From IMG/VR virus record IMGVR_UViG_3300028601_000024: a stretch of 64,000 bases of DNA, one strand, 5' to 3'. The notes beneath the pieces are model-generated. The model saw only the letters and a list, made by a program, of their open reading frames with translations. It was not told where the DNA came from and did no database searches. Position numbers and translations under genes: made by a program. The DNA comes from an uncultured virus (IMG/VR IMGVR_UViG_3300028601_000024) (Duplodnaviria; Heunggongvirae; Uroviricota; Caudoviricetes). This document shows, piece by piece, positions 9,777-19,910 of the stretch. Within the stretch, counting starts at the first letter, position 1. Every line of letters starts with the position of its first letter.

Positions 9777-11411
9777 TTAACATAGATAAGTAAGATTACC
9801 ACAGTCATATAATATTCGATACCCGTTATTTATAATGTTTTGGGTACTATTTAATTCTGGATTATAATGTTCAAGCGTTGTTGGTAGTTTATGCTTTTGA
9901 AAAGATAATCTATTAAGTATTTTATCTTGTTTAATATAATGAGGACTTGGTTGAGACACATTGATTAATTTAAATTGACTATATACTTTTCCTTGACTCC
10001 ATCGCCGATTAGCATAACTTACTAAACTACCTTTGTGATGCATTTTAAAATATTTAATTAATTTTGATGCCCCTCCTACAATATTATAATTGATTAATCC
10101 ACATAATCGAATTAGTTCATAATCGTAAGAATTAAATCTACTTTTAGAGAAGGTTGCAACTTGGACTAGCTTATTATTATAATATAAACCAAATTTATAA
10201 GATGATTGAACATACCCTTGTAAATGATTATTATCAATAAATTCTCTAGCTTCCCTTGTTGGTAGTTCTTTTATTATACATTTTCGTGCATAAATTTTAT
10301 TAGGTGTTTTGTTAAGTGCATTTAATAAAACACTTTTCCAAATTTCTCTCTTTATTGGATCAAATAATTCGTATTCATTTACATGAAATAATCTAATATT
10401 ATTTTGTTCACATATTTGTGTCTTATTGTAATGACGATACTTATTATATTTTAAATCACCTTGTTTATCATTAACATTATTTAATCCATAACTATGCCAA
10501 TATGTTCCATTGTATTCAATTGCTATATTGTGCCCAGGAATCGTTATATCCAATTCGATTCCTAATGATCTATCATTTGAAATATAATTAATATTGTTTT
10601 TGCGCAATATCTGTTTTAGTGTTAGCTCCCCGCTGCTTTTACTTGTATCATATTTTACTTGTAATCGTTTTAATATCTTATGGCATGTGGTTGAATGCAA
10701 TCCAAAATATTCTTGAAATGCTAATCTATCAAAAACATTATCTTGTATAAATGTGTCTTCAATATATTGTTTATTTAAATTCTCTAAATGAATATGTTTT
10801 AATGAGATATTGTGTACTCCGTGATTACTTTGGGTTGTATATCGAATTTTTTGTTGAATTCTTTGCTTCTCTTCATCTGATCGATTACTTCGCATGTGTG
10901 TCATTTCATGTTGAAAATGTTTATTATGGAATATGCTTTTACTTACTGATTGTTCTTTAATAGGAGTGTATTGCATGACATTACTCACGCCATATTTTTC
11001 AAGACATGTTTGTTTAGTCTTTTCTGATTTGATACGTCGTTTCTCAGGAGTCCATGTTTTACTAATTTGTGATCTTAATATTGGACTTTTATTTCTACAT
11101 TTTACACTACAAAATTGTTTGAATATATTTTTATCATTATCTAAATGCACTAGATTACCACAGTAGCATTTTTTATAAGGTACTCCCAAATAATACAAAT
11201 AAGCTTTTTCTTTAAAAGTGTAATCATTAGGATTTTGACTTATTAGGGTTTTTAAATCTTCGCACATGTATTGCAATGCTTTTAACTTTACATATAGTTC
11301 TCGCGAAGCTAAATCCGAATAATAATATTTTATATGTTTTAATAAATAATGAGTCATATGTTTCCAATAATTTTTTATTACTATTTCTATAATACTTTTA
11401 TTATCACACAT
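9777..11411 (-). mobile_element. Free-standing Hef-like homing endonuclease CDS
   Basis: Cys motifs CYCG and FCSVKC; KTKQTCLEKYGV repeat; S.GE...ELDI.IP..NIAIEYNG.YWH Vsr/PD-(D/E)xK-like nuclease motif; C-terminal KIYARKC...FIDNNHLQG domain. Inserted directly downstream of the capsid gene. Confidence 0.8.
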
Positions 11412-11434
11412 GATAGTTTAAAAATTGCCACAAG

Positions 11435-11462
11435 AAAATTAGTACCCGAAGGTACTAATTTT
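11435..11462 (-). terminator. Terminator hairpin after major capsid gene (cUUCGg tetraloop)
   Basis: Minus strand aaaattagtacc-TTCG-ggtactaatttt, followed by CTTGTGGC. Confidence 0.85.
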
Positions 11463-11474
11463 ACTAATTAAAGA

Positions 11475-13019
11475 TTATACAAGCCCAAGAGCTGTTTCAT
11501 AACCTTTGAGTTTGATACAACCTAATGCATCTCCACGAACTATACCAATCCAGTTACGAGATTTGATAAATGAACGTTTAACACTATCAGTAGTTTCAGT
11601 AATGATATAAAGTGGTTTATGACTTACTTCAACGATTGTAGATTGAGCTAAAGACTCAGATTTTGGTACAAGGTGGATGTACTCATCACCTACTGCATGA
11701 CTTGAAATGATTTCAATTTTAGCAATGTCACCAACAGTTCCAGAGAATCCTGTTGCTCCTTCATACTTATCAAATTTTACAGCAAATGCTTGTAAAGATT
11801 TAAGTACGCTAGCACTATCAATACCAGTAACCATATAACGTACTTCCATACGAGTAGTTTTACGGATTTTTTCAATCAATGCAATAAGTACTGGAATGAT
11901 ATTTTTGAAGATATCTTGTACGTTTGCAGGTTTAGTATCAGTTGCAGATGCAACAGATGAAAGATCGATTTCACGGTAATGACCTATTGTTTTAAGATAA
12001 GGAATGTTTGTTTCAAGTAACTCAGCAATTTCGAAATCACGATTCAACTTGATTTGATCTTTTACAAAAGATTTAAGTTGATCAATAATATCAAGATTAT
12101 AAAGAGATTTCCAATCTTGGATAACTTCTTCAATGTTTTCGATTTCAAAAGAATCTTCAACATCACAGTTAATATCTAAGACATCTTGTTTTGGACGAGC
12201 TTTAACAACAGATTTACCATTACCAACACCCATTAATCTTAATTTCAATTTAGCTTTAACAGCAGTCATTGGAGTGCCAGTAAGGTTAATAATTGACCAG
12301 CTTACATCACCAGACTCAAAATTAATTTGACCTTGTAAACGGAATGTACTAACAACAGCTCCTGCACCATCAACGATTGTTACAGTATCTTGTGCGAAAT
12401 TACCACGTGCGTCAGCGACAGCAAGAACATCAGCTTCGATATCACTTGTACCATCATTAACAACTAATTGGATAACTTTGAAATTACGTTTATTTAAACG
12501 GAATTTGCTTTTCTCTGATTCAATTGTTAATTCTTTAAACACGTTACTTGTTTGACCAACCATGATAGGCTCAGTGAAACCAGGACGTACCATTTGAGTT
12601 GCAGTTGGGAATTCAATTTCAGTTACATTACCTTTGTGGTCGATAATTTTACTTACCCATTTTAGTCTTGGAATAGACATAGTAGGTACACTTGAAGGAT
12701 AAACACTAACAACTTTACTTAAGAGTGGATCACTATAGATATCAACTAGCATTGGGAAACTAGCTACAGCATAAGTAATTGCTTCCGGACTAGACATTAA
12801 ACTACTTGATTCCTCAAGTAAAAAACTTCTTTGACGATCAAACATTTCTTGTAAATGTTTAGTGCTGCTTTCCTCTAGACCCTCAAGTAACTTACTTGTG
12901 TAAGACTCGTATGTAATTTCATCAGTAAGTATTGATGCTGCGTTTCCTGCTTCTTCGAAAAGTTCAGTGTTCTCCTCGAGGAATGTTGCAAAGTTTTCTA
13001 AAATCAAATATTCTTTCAT
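11475..13019 (-). CDS. Major capsid protein (T4 gp23-like, HK97 fold)
   Basis: 514 aa; Glu-rich N-terminal propeptide; EEVIQDWKSLYNLD...IKLNRDFEI resembles the gp23 core; follows the prohead protease; ends at a strong terminator. Confidence 0.85.
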   Translation of the reverse strand: MKEYLILENFATFLEENTELFEEAGNAASILTDEITYESYTSKLLEGLEESSTKHLQEMFDRQRSFLLEESSSLMSSPEAITYAVASFPMLVDIYSDPLLSKVVSVYPSSVPTMSIPRLKWVSKIIDHKGNVTEIEFPTATQMVRPGFTEPIMVGQTSNVFKELTIESEKSKFRLNKRNFKVIQLVVNDGTSDIEADVLAVADARGNFAQDTVTIVDGAGAVVSTFRLQGQINFESGDVSWSIINLTGTPMTAVKAKLKLRLMGVGNGKSVVKARPKQDVLDINCDVEDSFEIENIEEVIQDWKSLYNLDIIDQLKSFVKDQIKLNRDFEIAELLETNIPYLKTIGHYREIDLSSVASATDTKPANVQDIFKNIIPVLIALIEKIRKTTRMEVRYMVTGIDSASVLKSLQAFAVKFDKYEGATGFSGTVGDIAKIEIISSHAVGDEYIHLVPKSESLAQSTIVEVSHKPLYIITETTDSVKRSFIKSRNWIGIVRGDALGCIKLKGYETALGLV

Positions 13020-13045
13020 TAATTTTTCCTTTATGTATTATTTTT

Positions 13046-13052
13046 ATTTGTT
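13046..13052 (-). promoter_or_regulatory. Candidate late promoter motif AACAAAT
   Basis: 27 nt upstream of the capsid start codon. Confidence 0.5.
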
Positions 13053-13113
13053 ATTAAAGTTATTTTTGTAATCTAATATAAATTAAATTTTTATCTTATT
13101 GTAAGCATTTTTG

Positions 13114-13560
13114 TTAGACAACTGTGTTTAATAAACTACCTTTGTTATTATTTTTCGCTTGATTATATAATCCAGTCATACGATGATTTTTATAATTGTT
13201 CATTAAACTCCCAGTTGTTTCTGGCTGAATATTTGTTATATCAGTTGATGAATTTGTCTTATTATCTGATTTATTTAATAAACCGGATTTTAAATCATTT
13301 CTTACTTCACCTGCCTTATTTAATTCACTTCGAGTAATTTGTCGACCTGGTTTATCTTTAGTAATGTGCGCAACTAATCCATCTCTGAATTGACTGCGAT
13401 GATCGTCACTTATTTGACGACCCTCTAATGTATTTTTAAATATTTTTTTTCTTCGCCAAAATTCAGTAGCAATTGCACTACGTGCTGCTTCGTTTCCGGG
13501 TTCTTTCTTAATACTTGCACCGTAAATACTTTCAAGTATCGTAGAGTACATACCAATCAT
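13114..13560 (-). CDS. Hypothetical protein, probable prohead core / internal protein
   Basis: Lies between protease and capsid genes; N-terminal TILES resembles a protease site. Confidence 0.45.
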   Translation of the reverse strand: MIGMYSTILESIYGASIKKEPGNEAARSAIATEFWRRKKIFKNTLEGRQISDDHRSQFRDGLVAHITKDKPGRQITRSELNKAGEVRNDLKSGLLNKSDNKTNSSTDITNIQPETTGSLMNNYKNHRMTGLYNQAKNNNKGSLLNTVV

Positions 13561-13569
13561 AATATATCT

Positions 13570-14361
13570 TTAAATGGCGAATGAAAATTTACGAATAGAA
13601 TTCTTTTGTAAACTTAATTCAATTAAATAATCAATACTTTCTTCAATAGTTCCTTGAACACAACTTCCTGATATATCACAAGCACAAACTTGTTCGCCAT
13701 CTAAATTGAAAGCGGTTAGATTACTTCCTTCACTTTCTAAAATAATTTCAGTAATGCTTTGTTTATGATTTTTTAATTCTTTTACTAATTGATAAGGATC
13801 TGTGCTCTCATTTAAGAATTCATAAATAACTGCATTAGCATGACTTGGATTACTAACCACGTCAAATGTTAATGCTTTTAATCCTTCTGGATTAACAATA
13901 GTCACACCTGCTGCGTTAACAGTACTAGATCCGAATGCTCTTAAACTAAATCCAAATGTAACTTTATCTTTCAATAATCTATAAAGATCAATACCTTTTG
14001 AATTAGTAAGTGTTTCACAAGTAGCAGTGATAAATTTTCCATCGTATTCCATATGTGGATAAAGTATACAACTATCTTGTAAACTAATTGTGCTAGATCT
14101 TTTCATCTTAGCAGCTGTATCACCTTGAGGAGACGGATGATCCATTTCACCAAGTAATTTGCGCTCACTCGCTTTTGGAGCAAGTTGTTCAACAATAGTT
14201 CTAAGTGTTAAATCACTATAACTTCTTTTATTATTATTTACAACATCTCGCTCTTGCAATTTTGCTTTAAATTTAATTTTTTGTTCTTGTCCATATGTAC
14301 TTTCTTCAAGAAGTTCTACTTGAGGAAAATATGCACTTTCGCTTATAATATTAAAATTCAT
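13570..14361 (-). CDS. Prohead core protease (T4 gp21-like)
   Basis: NNNKRSY, LGEMDHP, GFSLRAFG and TFDVVSNPSHANA are the gp21 conserved and catalytic motifs. Confidence 0.92.
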   Translation of the reverse strand: MNFNIISESAYFPQVELLEESTYGQEQKIKFKAKLQERDVVNNNKRSYSDLTLRTIVEQLAPKASERKLLGEMDHPSPQGDTAAKMKRSSTISLQDSCILYPHMEYDGKFITATCETLTNSKGIDLYRLLKDKVTFGFSLRAFGSSTVNAAGVTIVNPEGLKALTFDVVSNPSHANAVIYEFLNESTDPYQLVKELKNHKQSITEIILESEGSNLTAFNLDGEQVCACDISGSCVQGTIEESIDYLIELSLQKNSIRKFSFAI

Positions 14362-14391
14362 ATTGTACCTTTAATTAATTTTTAACTAAAG

Positions 14392-14398
14392 ATTTGTT
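14392..14398 (-). promoter_or_regulatory. Candidate late promoter motif AACAAAT
   Basis: 31 nt upstream of the protease start, between taacta/tagtta inverted repeats. Confidence 0.45.
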
Positions 14399-14452
14399 AT
14401 AGTTATCAAATATAGTACCCTATGATTCCATCATATATAATTACCAATTACT

Positions 14453-15400
14453 TTATAATGACACATACTGTCCCTTTTGAAACATAAAACATTCTTCAAT
14501 TATTTGATCTAATGTTTGAGCTTGTGTTAAATCTAAATGAGTAACTTGTAATTTACGCTCAGGAATCAGAGAAGGATATGAATCACTCTCATCAATTATT
14601 TCACCTTGTTGAGCAATTTGTATAACCCTATTTGCTAACTCTAAAGCACTACAATAATTATTAGGATTTCCTAAATTTTGAAATCTTTCATAGGTTGCAT
14701 TATTTACCATTAAAGTAGCTGTTTTAATTAGATGTTTTACAATCGTGTGCACATCACAAAAACTTCGTTTTCCGTTTTCCATAATCGTCAGAGGAATATT
14801 ATTAAGTGCGTTATGTACAAATTTTGAGAGTACCATATTAGTGTCTTGGTTTAGACCAGTTACATTAAAGAATCGAACTATGCACGATTTATAGCTACTA
14901 GAATCATATAATGCTTCTCCGCACATCTTTTGAATACTATATGTCCATCTAACATTTGTATCAGGTATAACTCTCATCGAAGTATCATTTATATTATCAT
15001 TGTTTCCAAATACTTCACTACTACTACTAAAAATAATAGGGAGTTGTAGTGATTCACACACTTCATGCATTGTTAAATTAATCTTTAATGCCTTGTACAT
15101 TGTTTGAGACGGGTTCTCTAAAACATTTTGAACACCTATGGGACTTGCTAAATGAATCACAATATCACAATCTTTTAATATATGAGTTAGCTTATCACTT
15201 GAGACACTACTGAGGTCAACTTTTAACATTTGAATATTCTGTAATTTATAATGCTCATTAGGGTGACTATCTTTATATTGAATCATTAAAGGATTAACAT
15301 CTCTAATATCTAATCCTATTACATCATAACCCTGTTTATATAATTGAAGGACTAAATTGCTCCCGATGAACCCGCTAGCTCCTGTTACACATACTTTCAT
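14453..15400 (-). CDS. NAD-dependent nucleotide-sugar epimerase/dehydratase (extended SDR)
   Basis: TGASGFIG, HLAS, SSSEVFG, YSIQK (YxxxK), RFFNV. Confidence 0.92.
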   Translation of the reverse strand: MKVCVTGASGFIGSNLVLQLYKQGYDVIGLDIRDVNPLMIQYKDSHPNEHYKLQNIQMLKVDLSSVSSDKLTHILKDCDIVIHLASPIGVQNVLENPSQTMYKALKINLTMHEVCESLQLPIIFSSSSEVFGNNDNINDTSMRVIPDTNVRWTYSIQKMCGEALYDSSSYKSCIVRFFNVTGLNQDTNMVLSKFVHNALNNIPLTIMENGKRSFCDVHTIVKHLIKTATLMVNNATYERFQNLGNPNNYCSALELANRVIQIAQQGEIIDESDSYPSLIPERKLQVTHLDLTQAQTLDQIIEECFMFQKGQYVSL

Positions 15401-15401
15401 A

Positions 15402-15719
15402 TCAACCTCTATAAAATAATGGATTATTTACAATAGGTAAATAATTTTTATCAGGGTTACATAATCCGCCTTTTATATTTAAACAATATTTATTACTTTG
15501 TCGCATCAATGGATAAATCCTTTTAATTGAATTTAAATTTATATTACCCTTTAATTCAATAATAAATTCTTTAATCATAGTATAATGTTCTTTGATGCTT
15601 GGGCTATAATCTATTAAAATATCTATATAATTTATAATATCTAAATCACTAAATAATATTGTTAGGTCAGTTTCGGACTCGATCTCGATATGAGTTATAG
15701 GGTTGCCGATAAATTTCAT
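15402..15719 (-). CDS. Hypothetical protein
   Basis: 105 aa; AAAGGA RBS; abuts neighbouring genes. Confidence 0.6.
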   Translation of the reverse strand: MKFIGNPITHIEIESETDLTILFSDLDIINYIDILIDYSPSIKEHYTMIKEFIIELKGNINLNSIKRIYPLMRQSNKYCLNIKGGLCNPDKNYLPIVNNPLFYRG

Positions 15720-15868
15720 AATATTCCTTTTAATTTTCTAATCTGTAACTCATTTGTTGCAATCTTTTCTAAAGCTTTCACACAACAACTACAACACATG
15801 CTAACTCTTTTTATTGTATGTAGTCGACCAATTACTCCGCATAATTCACATTCTTTTAAATTGCTCAT
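15716..15868 (-). CDS. Small Cys-rich protein (50 aa), not in ORF track
   Basis: Manual translation MSNLKECELCGVIGRLHTIKRVSMCCSCCVKALEKIATNELQIRKLKGIL; TGATG and ATGA overlaps with both neighbours. Confidence 0.7.
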   Translation of the reverse strand: MSNLKECELCGVIGRLHTIKRVSMCCSCCVKALEKIATNELQIRKLKGIL

Positions 15869-16641
15869 CACATATTTCCGTTTTGAATTAGTGAATTATT
15901 ATATTCACTCATATATTTTAGAGTTGGGTGTTTAAATTGATCACTTAAAGCTTTTAAATCTTTTGGAAGACAATTGCCTTGTGCTCCCCGTTTACCATCC
16001 ATTCCAATAATCTGCATTTCACCTGTTGGTAAATTATTTAACATTTGACTAATCTTTCTTGAATTATGTGTCATGTCATGTACAAATTCCCAGAAGAGTA
16101 ACTTATAGATATTTTGCATATTTCTAATATATTTGAAATCAATACTTTCTTTAACACTACAATGTTCGAATAATATATCATCGTATTTTAAATCGAAGTG
16201 TTCACAGTATAACATTTCTACTTGTTTAGTATATCTAATATCTCCGCCTAGGACGATATATTGTTGTTCATAAAAATCTTTTTTACTTGATACTTCATTT
16301 AAAAATTCTGGATTCATAACAAGTTTCAACTTTGATTGATAATCATCCATTATTCTATAAAGAACAGTGCTTTTTACAATTACAATTCCTTTATAATTAT
16401 TTAAAACTAAAGTATCTAATACAATTCTAAGATTAGAAGCATCTTGTCCTTTATTATCACTTGGTGTGTCTACACATACAAATACATAATCAGTATCTTT
16501 AATACCACTTGTTTTATAAGATACGTAATTTAATAATTGAGTGGATTTATCAAATACCATAGCATCTTGCTTTAAACAACTGTACACAGCACTACCAACC
16601 ATACCTAGTCCGACAATTGCTATATTAATTTTATTTTTCAT
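15868..16641 (-). CDS. UDP-glucose/GDP-mannose 6-dehydrogenase family (short, lacks C-terminal domain)
   Basis: GLGMVG, FVCVDTP, VKSTV, NPEFL and catalytic GNCLPKD. Confidence 0.88.
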   Translation of the reverse strand: MKNKINIAIVGLGMVGSAVYSCLKQDAMVFDKSTQLLNYVSYKTSGIKDTDYVFVCVDTPSDNKGQDASNLRIVLDTLVLNNYKGIVIVKSTVLYRIMDDYQSKLKLVMNPEFLNEVSSKKDFYEQQYIVLGGDIRYTKQVEMLYCEHFDLKYDDILFEHCSVKESIDFKYIRNMQNIYKLLFWEFVHDMTHNSRKISQMLNNLPTGEMQIIGMDGKRGAQGNCLPKDLKALSDQFKHPTLKYMSEYNNSLIQNGNM

Positions 16642-16715
16642 ATTATTCCTTTAAAATATTATATTAGGTATTATATAAATAAGAATTTATTTATATCTGT
16701 ATTTGATTTAATTTA

Positions 16716-17309
16716 TTAATATTTATCTTCATATATTTTTTTTATTTCAGTGATAGAATTTTGTTTTAGATTTTCATAATAATAGATTTTACATTTTGTA
16801 TTATTTAATGTCTGATTAATAAAATCAGATATGTCTAAATACTCAACAATATTATGCATATCATCTTTATGAATTAAATTTTGGTTAATTTTTTTCATTA
16901 AACCTTTTTTTCGATCTTTTCCATACACTCTAGGAATTTTTAAAATACAGTAATCTATTCCTGAATAGATTATCATTTTTTCAGCTACTTTTTTATATTT
17001 TCCGTAATTGCATATTTGATGTTCAGGTAAATCAGCTGCCAATGAACTTGCAAATATTAATTTAATATTATTTTTTTTACACAATGCAATAATATTTGCT
17101 GTTCCTATAACAATTGATTTAAAAGTATTTAAATCATCCTCGAATTCAATATCTTCAGATGGGGATGCAAAATGCCATATTTCTGAAATATTTACTAGAT
17201 CAAAATTTATATCAATTTCCTCTAAACGATGATTATATGGTATTATCTTTAAATGCTGTTGCAAATGAGACGCTAAAAAACCATCTGAGCCAGTAATTAG
17301 TTTATTCAT
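16716..17309 (-). CDS. NAD-dependent epimerase/dehydratase (short SDR)
   Basis: ITGSDGFLA, HFAS, FASS, YGKYK (YxxxK), PRVYG. Confidence 0.85.
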   Translation of the reverse strand: MNKLITGSDGFLASHLQQHLKIIPYNHRLEEIDINFDLVNISEIWHFASPSEDIEFEDDLNTFKSIVIGTANIIALCKKNNIKLIFASSLAADLPEHQICNYGKYKKVAEKMIIYSGIDYCILKIPRVYGKDRKKGLMKKINQNLIHKDDMHNIVEYLDISDFINQTLNNTKCKIYYYENLKQNSITEIKKIYEDKY

Positions 17310-17755
17310 TCGTCTTTTCCTAATTGTATATAAAAAATTCCTTGTTCAAAATTAGTATTTATATTGTTTAAAATATCTTTAAATTCTTCAACATTATTTG
17401 GACAATAATAAGGAATTTTTAAGATTTTCATCAACTCTAAATCATCATCTAAATTATGACCTGCACCTAAACCATCATATCCAAATTTTCCTGCATTACA
17501 TATAATTATTTTACCTGTTAATGAACCAAAATTTCTTAAAGTGAATTTTAATTGTTCGTATCTATAAATAATAAATCCTGCTACTCCATAAATATATACT
17601 GTTTTATTTTGTGAAGCAATTCCTCCTGCAATATTTAATAAATTGCTCTCACCTAACCCGCAATCTATTTCGATTGCATTCGTTTTAAATCTCCACATAT
17701 CAGCATATATTAAATAATCATCTTTTGTTAAAAATTTAGATAGTGTTTTTCTCAT
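17306..17755 (-). CDS. Transketolase-like, pyrimidine-binding (C-terminal) subunit
   Basis: DCGLGESNLLNIAGGIA, FIIYRYEQLK, GLGAGH. Confidence 0.85.
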   Translation of the reverse strand: MRKTLSKFLTKDDYLIYADMWRFKTNAIEIDCGLGESNLLNIAGGIASQNKTVYIYGVAGFIIYRYEQLKFTLRNFGSLTGKIIICNAGKFGYDGLGAGHNLDDDLELMKILKIPYYCPNNVEEFKDILNNINTNFEQGIFYIQLGKDE

Positions 17756-18434
17756 AATTTCTCACTGTGTAATTTTTTAAATTGTTTGTACCATGATATA
17801 ATACTGGATCATTTTCTAATTCTTTTATAGTGAATCCCTTTATTGTATTGACTATAAAACATGTTGGTTTGTTATTAGTTTCAATATCTTTTAACTTATC
17901 CAGTGAAAAATAATCTAATTCAACAACTATAATATTTAATGACTTAAGAATATCAATGACACTTTTTTTAGATACTTTTAAATCACCCAATAATTGTTGA
18001 TTATTCCAATCCACAATTATTTGAATTGGTATTTGATTTTTTCCTATAAATTGCAAAGCTTCTATTATAGTGCCTATTTGAAATTGGCTATCTGTTAGAA
18101 TATTTATAGTTTTCTTTTTATTTGCTAAATATAAACCTATTGAAACACCTAAACTATTTCCTAATGTTGTATCACAAAAATCAAAATAATTACCATGCAA
18201 TATTTTTGCTGGAAATTCTGAAGGAATATTAAAATATTTCATTGTAAAATACCATGCATTTGATCCAAAAACTTTTCCAATTGATAAATTAAATTTTGAT
18301 CGATTAGTTAATATATTGTTTACTAGATATATTATTATAGGTAATTGAGATAATGCACTTGGAAGATGCTCTGGATATTTTATTAATTCCTCTCTAATTT
18401 TATAAAATATTTGTAAAAAAGTAGATGATTTCAT
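17736..18434 (-). CDS. Transketolase-like, TPP-binding (N-terminal) subunit
   Basis: HLPSALS, TLGNSLGVSIG, TDSQFQIG..IEAL...IVDWNNQQ (degenerate GDG...N), NTIKG. Confidence 0.82.
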   Translation of the reverse strand: MKSSTFLQIFYKIREELIKYPEHLPSALSQLPIIIYLVNNILTNRSKFNLSIGKVFGSNAWYFTMKYFNIPSEFPAKILHGNYFDFCDTTLGNSLGVSIGLYLANKKKTINILTDSQFQIGTIIEALQFIGKNQIPIQIIVDWNNQQLLGDLKVSKKSVIDILKSLNIIVVELDYFSLDKLKDIETNNKPTCFIVNTIKGFTIKELENDPVLYHGTNNLKNYTVRNYEKNTI

Positions 18435-18444
18435 ATATCTATCC

Positions 18445-19125
18445 CTAAAGGTATTTTATTTTATGTATGTTTTCATTTTCAAATGTGCTTTTTATAAATT
18501 TATCTAATAAATTGTATTTATTTAAATAATCAATAGAATTAAAATATTTAGATCGATAAATATATAAAGTGTCATTTATAATTTCAAAAGAATTATACAT
18601 AACAAAGGGGAATATTTCATGACTAATAATTCCTAAGTAATATATAGTATTGCGAAATTCATAAAAATAATTTTTTATATAAACATTGCATAAATTTGTG
18701 TTTTTGTATTGTTCATTTAATTTATTAATTAAATCCGTACTTCTTTTAGTAATGCCTATTTCGTTTAATAAAGGAAATTGAACAATCATTATATTTGTAT
18801 TTTCTAATAATATTTTTCCACCTTGAGTTGTAAAATACCACGGCAGTATATCATATAATTCTTTTACATATTCATCTTTATTTAAAAGAATTCCTTTATT
18901 TGAAATAAACGGGAATGTGTAATTATAAAACATTTTATTTATTTTATATTCTATATCATATTGTTGAATTGTATTAAATAACACATCCTTTAATAAAACA
19001 AAGTATGTATTATTCAAATAATCTATTTTATAATAATGGTCCCATTCAATTGCCTTTACATCACTCCATTTAATATAAATGTTTAATTTTTTTAAAGCAT
19101 TTAAAACTCGAGCCTTATTTTTCAT
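18445..19125 (-). CDS. Hypothetical protein
   Basis: 226-aa ORF coupled to its neighbours; no motif recognised. Confidence 0.6.
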   Translation of the reverse strand: MKNKARVLNALKKLNIYIKWSDVKAIEWDHYYKIDYLNNTYFVLLKDVLFNTIQQYDIEYKINKMFYNYTFPFISNKGILLNKDEYVKELYDILPWYFTTQGGKILLENTNIMIVQFPLLNEIGITKRSTDLINKLNEQYKNTNLCNVYIKNYFYEFRNTIYYLGIISHEIFPFVMYNSFEIINDTLYIYRSKYFNSIDYLNKYNLLDKFIKSTFENENIHKIKYL

Positions 19126-19910
19126 AATATATCCATAAAAATTTTATAAATGGTTAAAAAAATATTTTCTTGAAACTCTAGTGATTTTTCTCGACCCGGA
19201 ATTTTAAAATGTTTAAAACCAAGTTTAATTAATCGTTCAATATGTTTTGAACTTATCAGGTCTATGTCTTTAGTATTTTGGATATTTTTATCTATTAAAT
19301 AACATGAATGTGTATATTTAATATCATCAGGATCTAATATCAATGATTGGTTATTAATATCACTTATCTCATTATGGTGTTCGAAAAATATTGGACATTT
19401 AGAACATTGCTCGTCTAATAATATTTGATATTTTGATTTATTAATATTTTTTAAAAAATAATCATCAAATAATAAATCAATTTTTGGAACTATTAAATCA
19501 TATTTTTTTTCTTTTTTTAAATAATCTTCTAATGTTGTATCATTAGAAGTAAATGATAAAATTCTAGTGATTGATGGATAATTTATTCTGATAAAATCAT
19601 TTAAGTTATCATTATTTAATATAACAAAATGATTCTCAAGTTTGTTTAGTAGTTGATTTCCTATAGGGTCTTGTAAATTAATTTTATAATTTGAAAAAGT
19701 ACTAGCTATTGAAATACCCATTGATTCAAAAAAATCTTTATAATCATCAAGATATATATCCTTATTAATTCTTCCACCATTCCATTTACAGTTATCAAAC
19801 CCGTCATAAACAATAATATTGGTTTTAGATTTAAGTCTAATTATTTTTCCAATATGTTTTTTTGCTATATGTTGAAAACTATCAACTCCGCCAAATTCAA
19901 TACTATACAT
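19122..19910 (-). CDS. Peptidase U32-like (Fe-S, TIM-barrel) protein
   Basis: EQCSKCP...H...C and C-terminal LGFKHFKIPGRE (U32-type KIxGR signature). Confidence 0.55.
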   Translation of the reverse strand: MYSIEFGGVDSFQHIAKKHIGKIIRLKSKTNIIVYDGFDNCKWNGGRINKDIYLDDYKDFFESMGISIASTFSNYKINLQDPIGNQLLNKLENHFVILNNDNLNDFIRINYPSITRILSFTSNDTTLEDYLKKEKKYDLIVPKIDLLFDDYFLKNINKSKYQILLDEQCSKCPIFFEHHNEISDINNQSLILDPDDIKYTHSCYLIDKNIQNTKDIDLISSKHIERLIKLGFKHFKIPGREKSLEFQENIFLTIYKIFMDIL

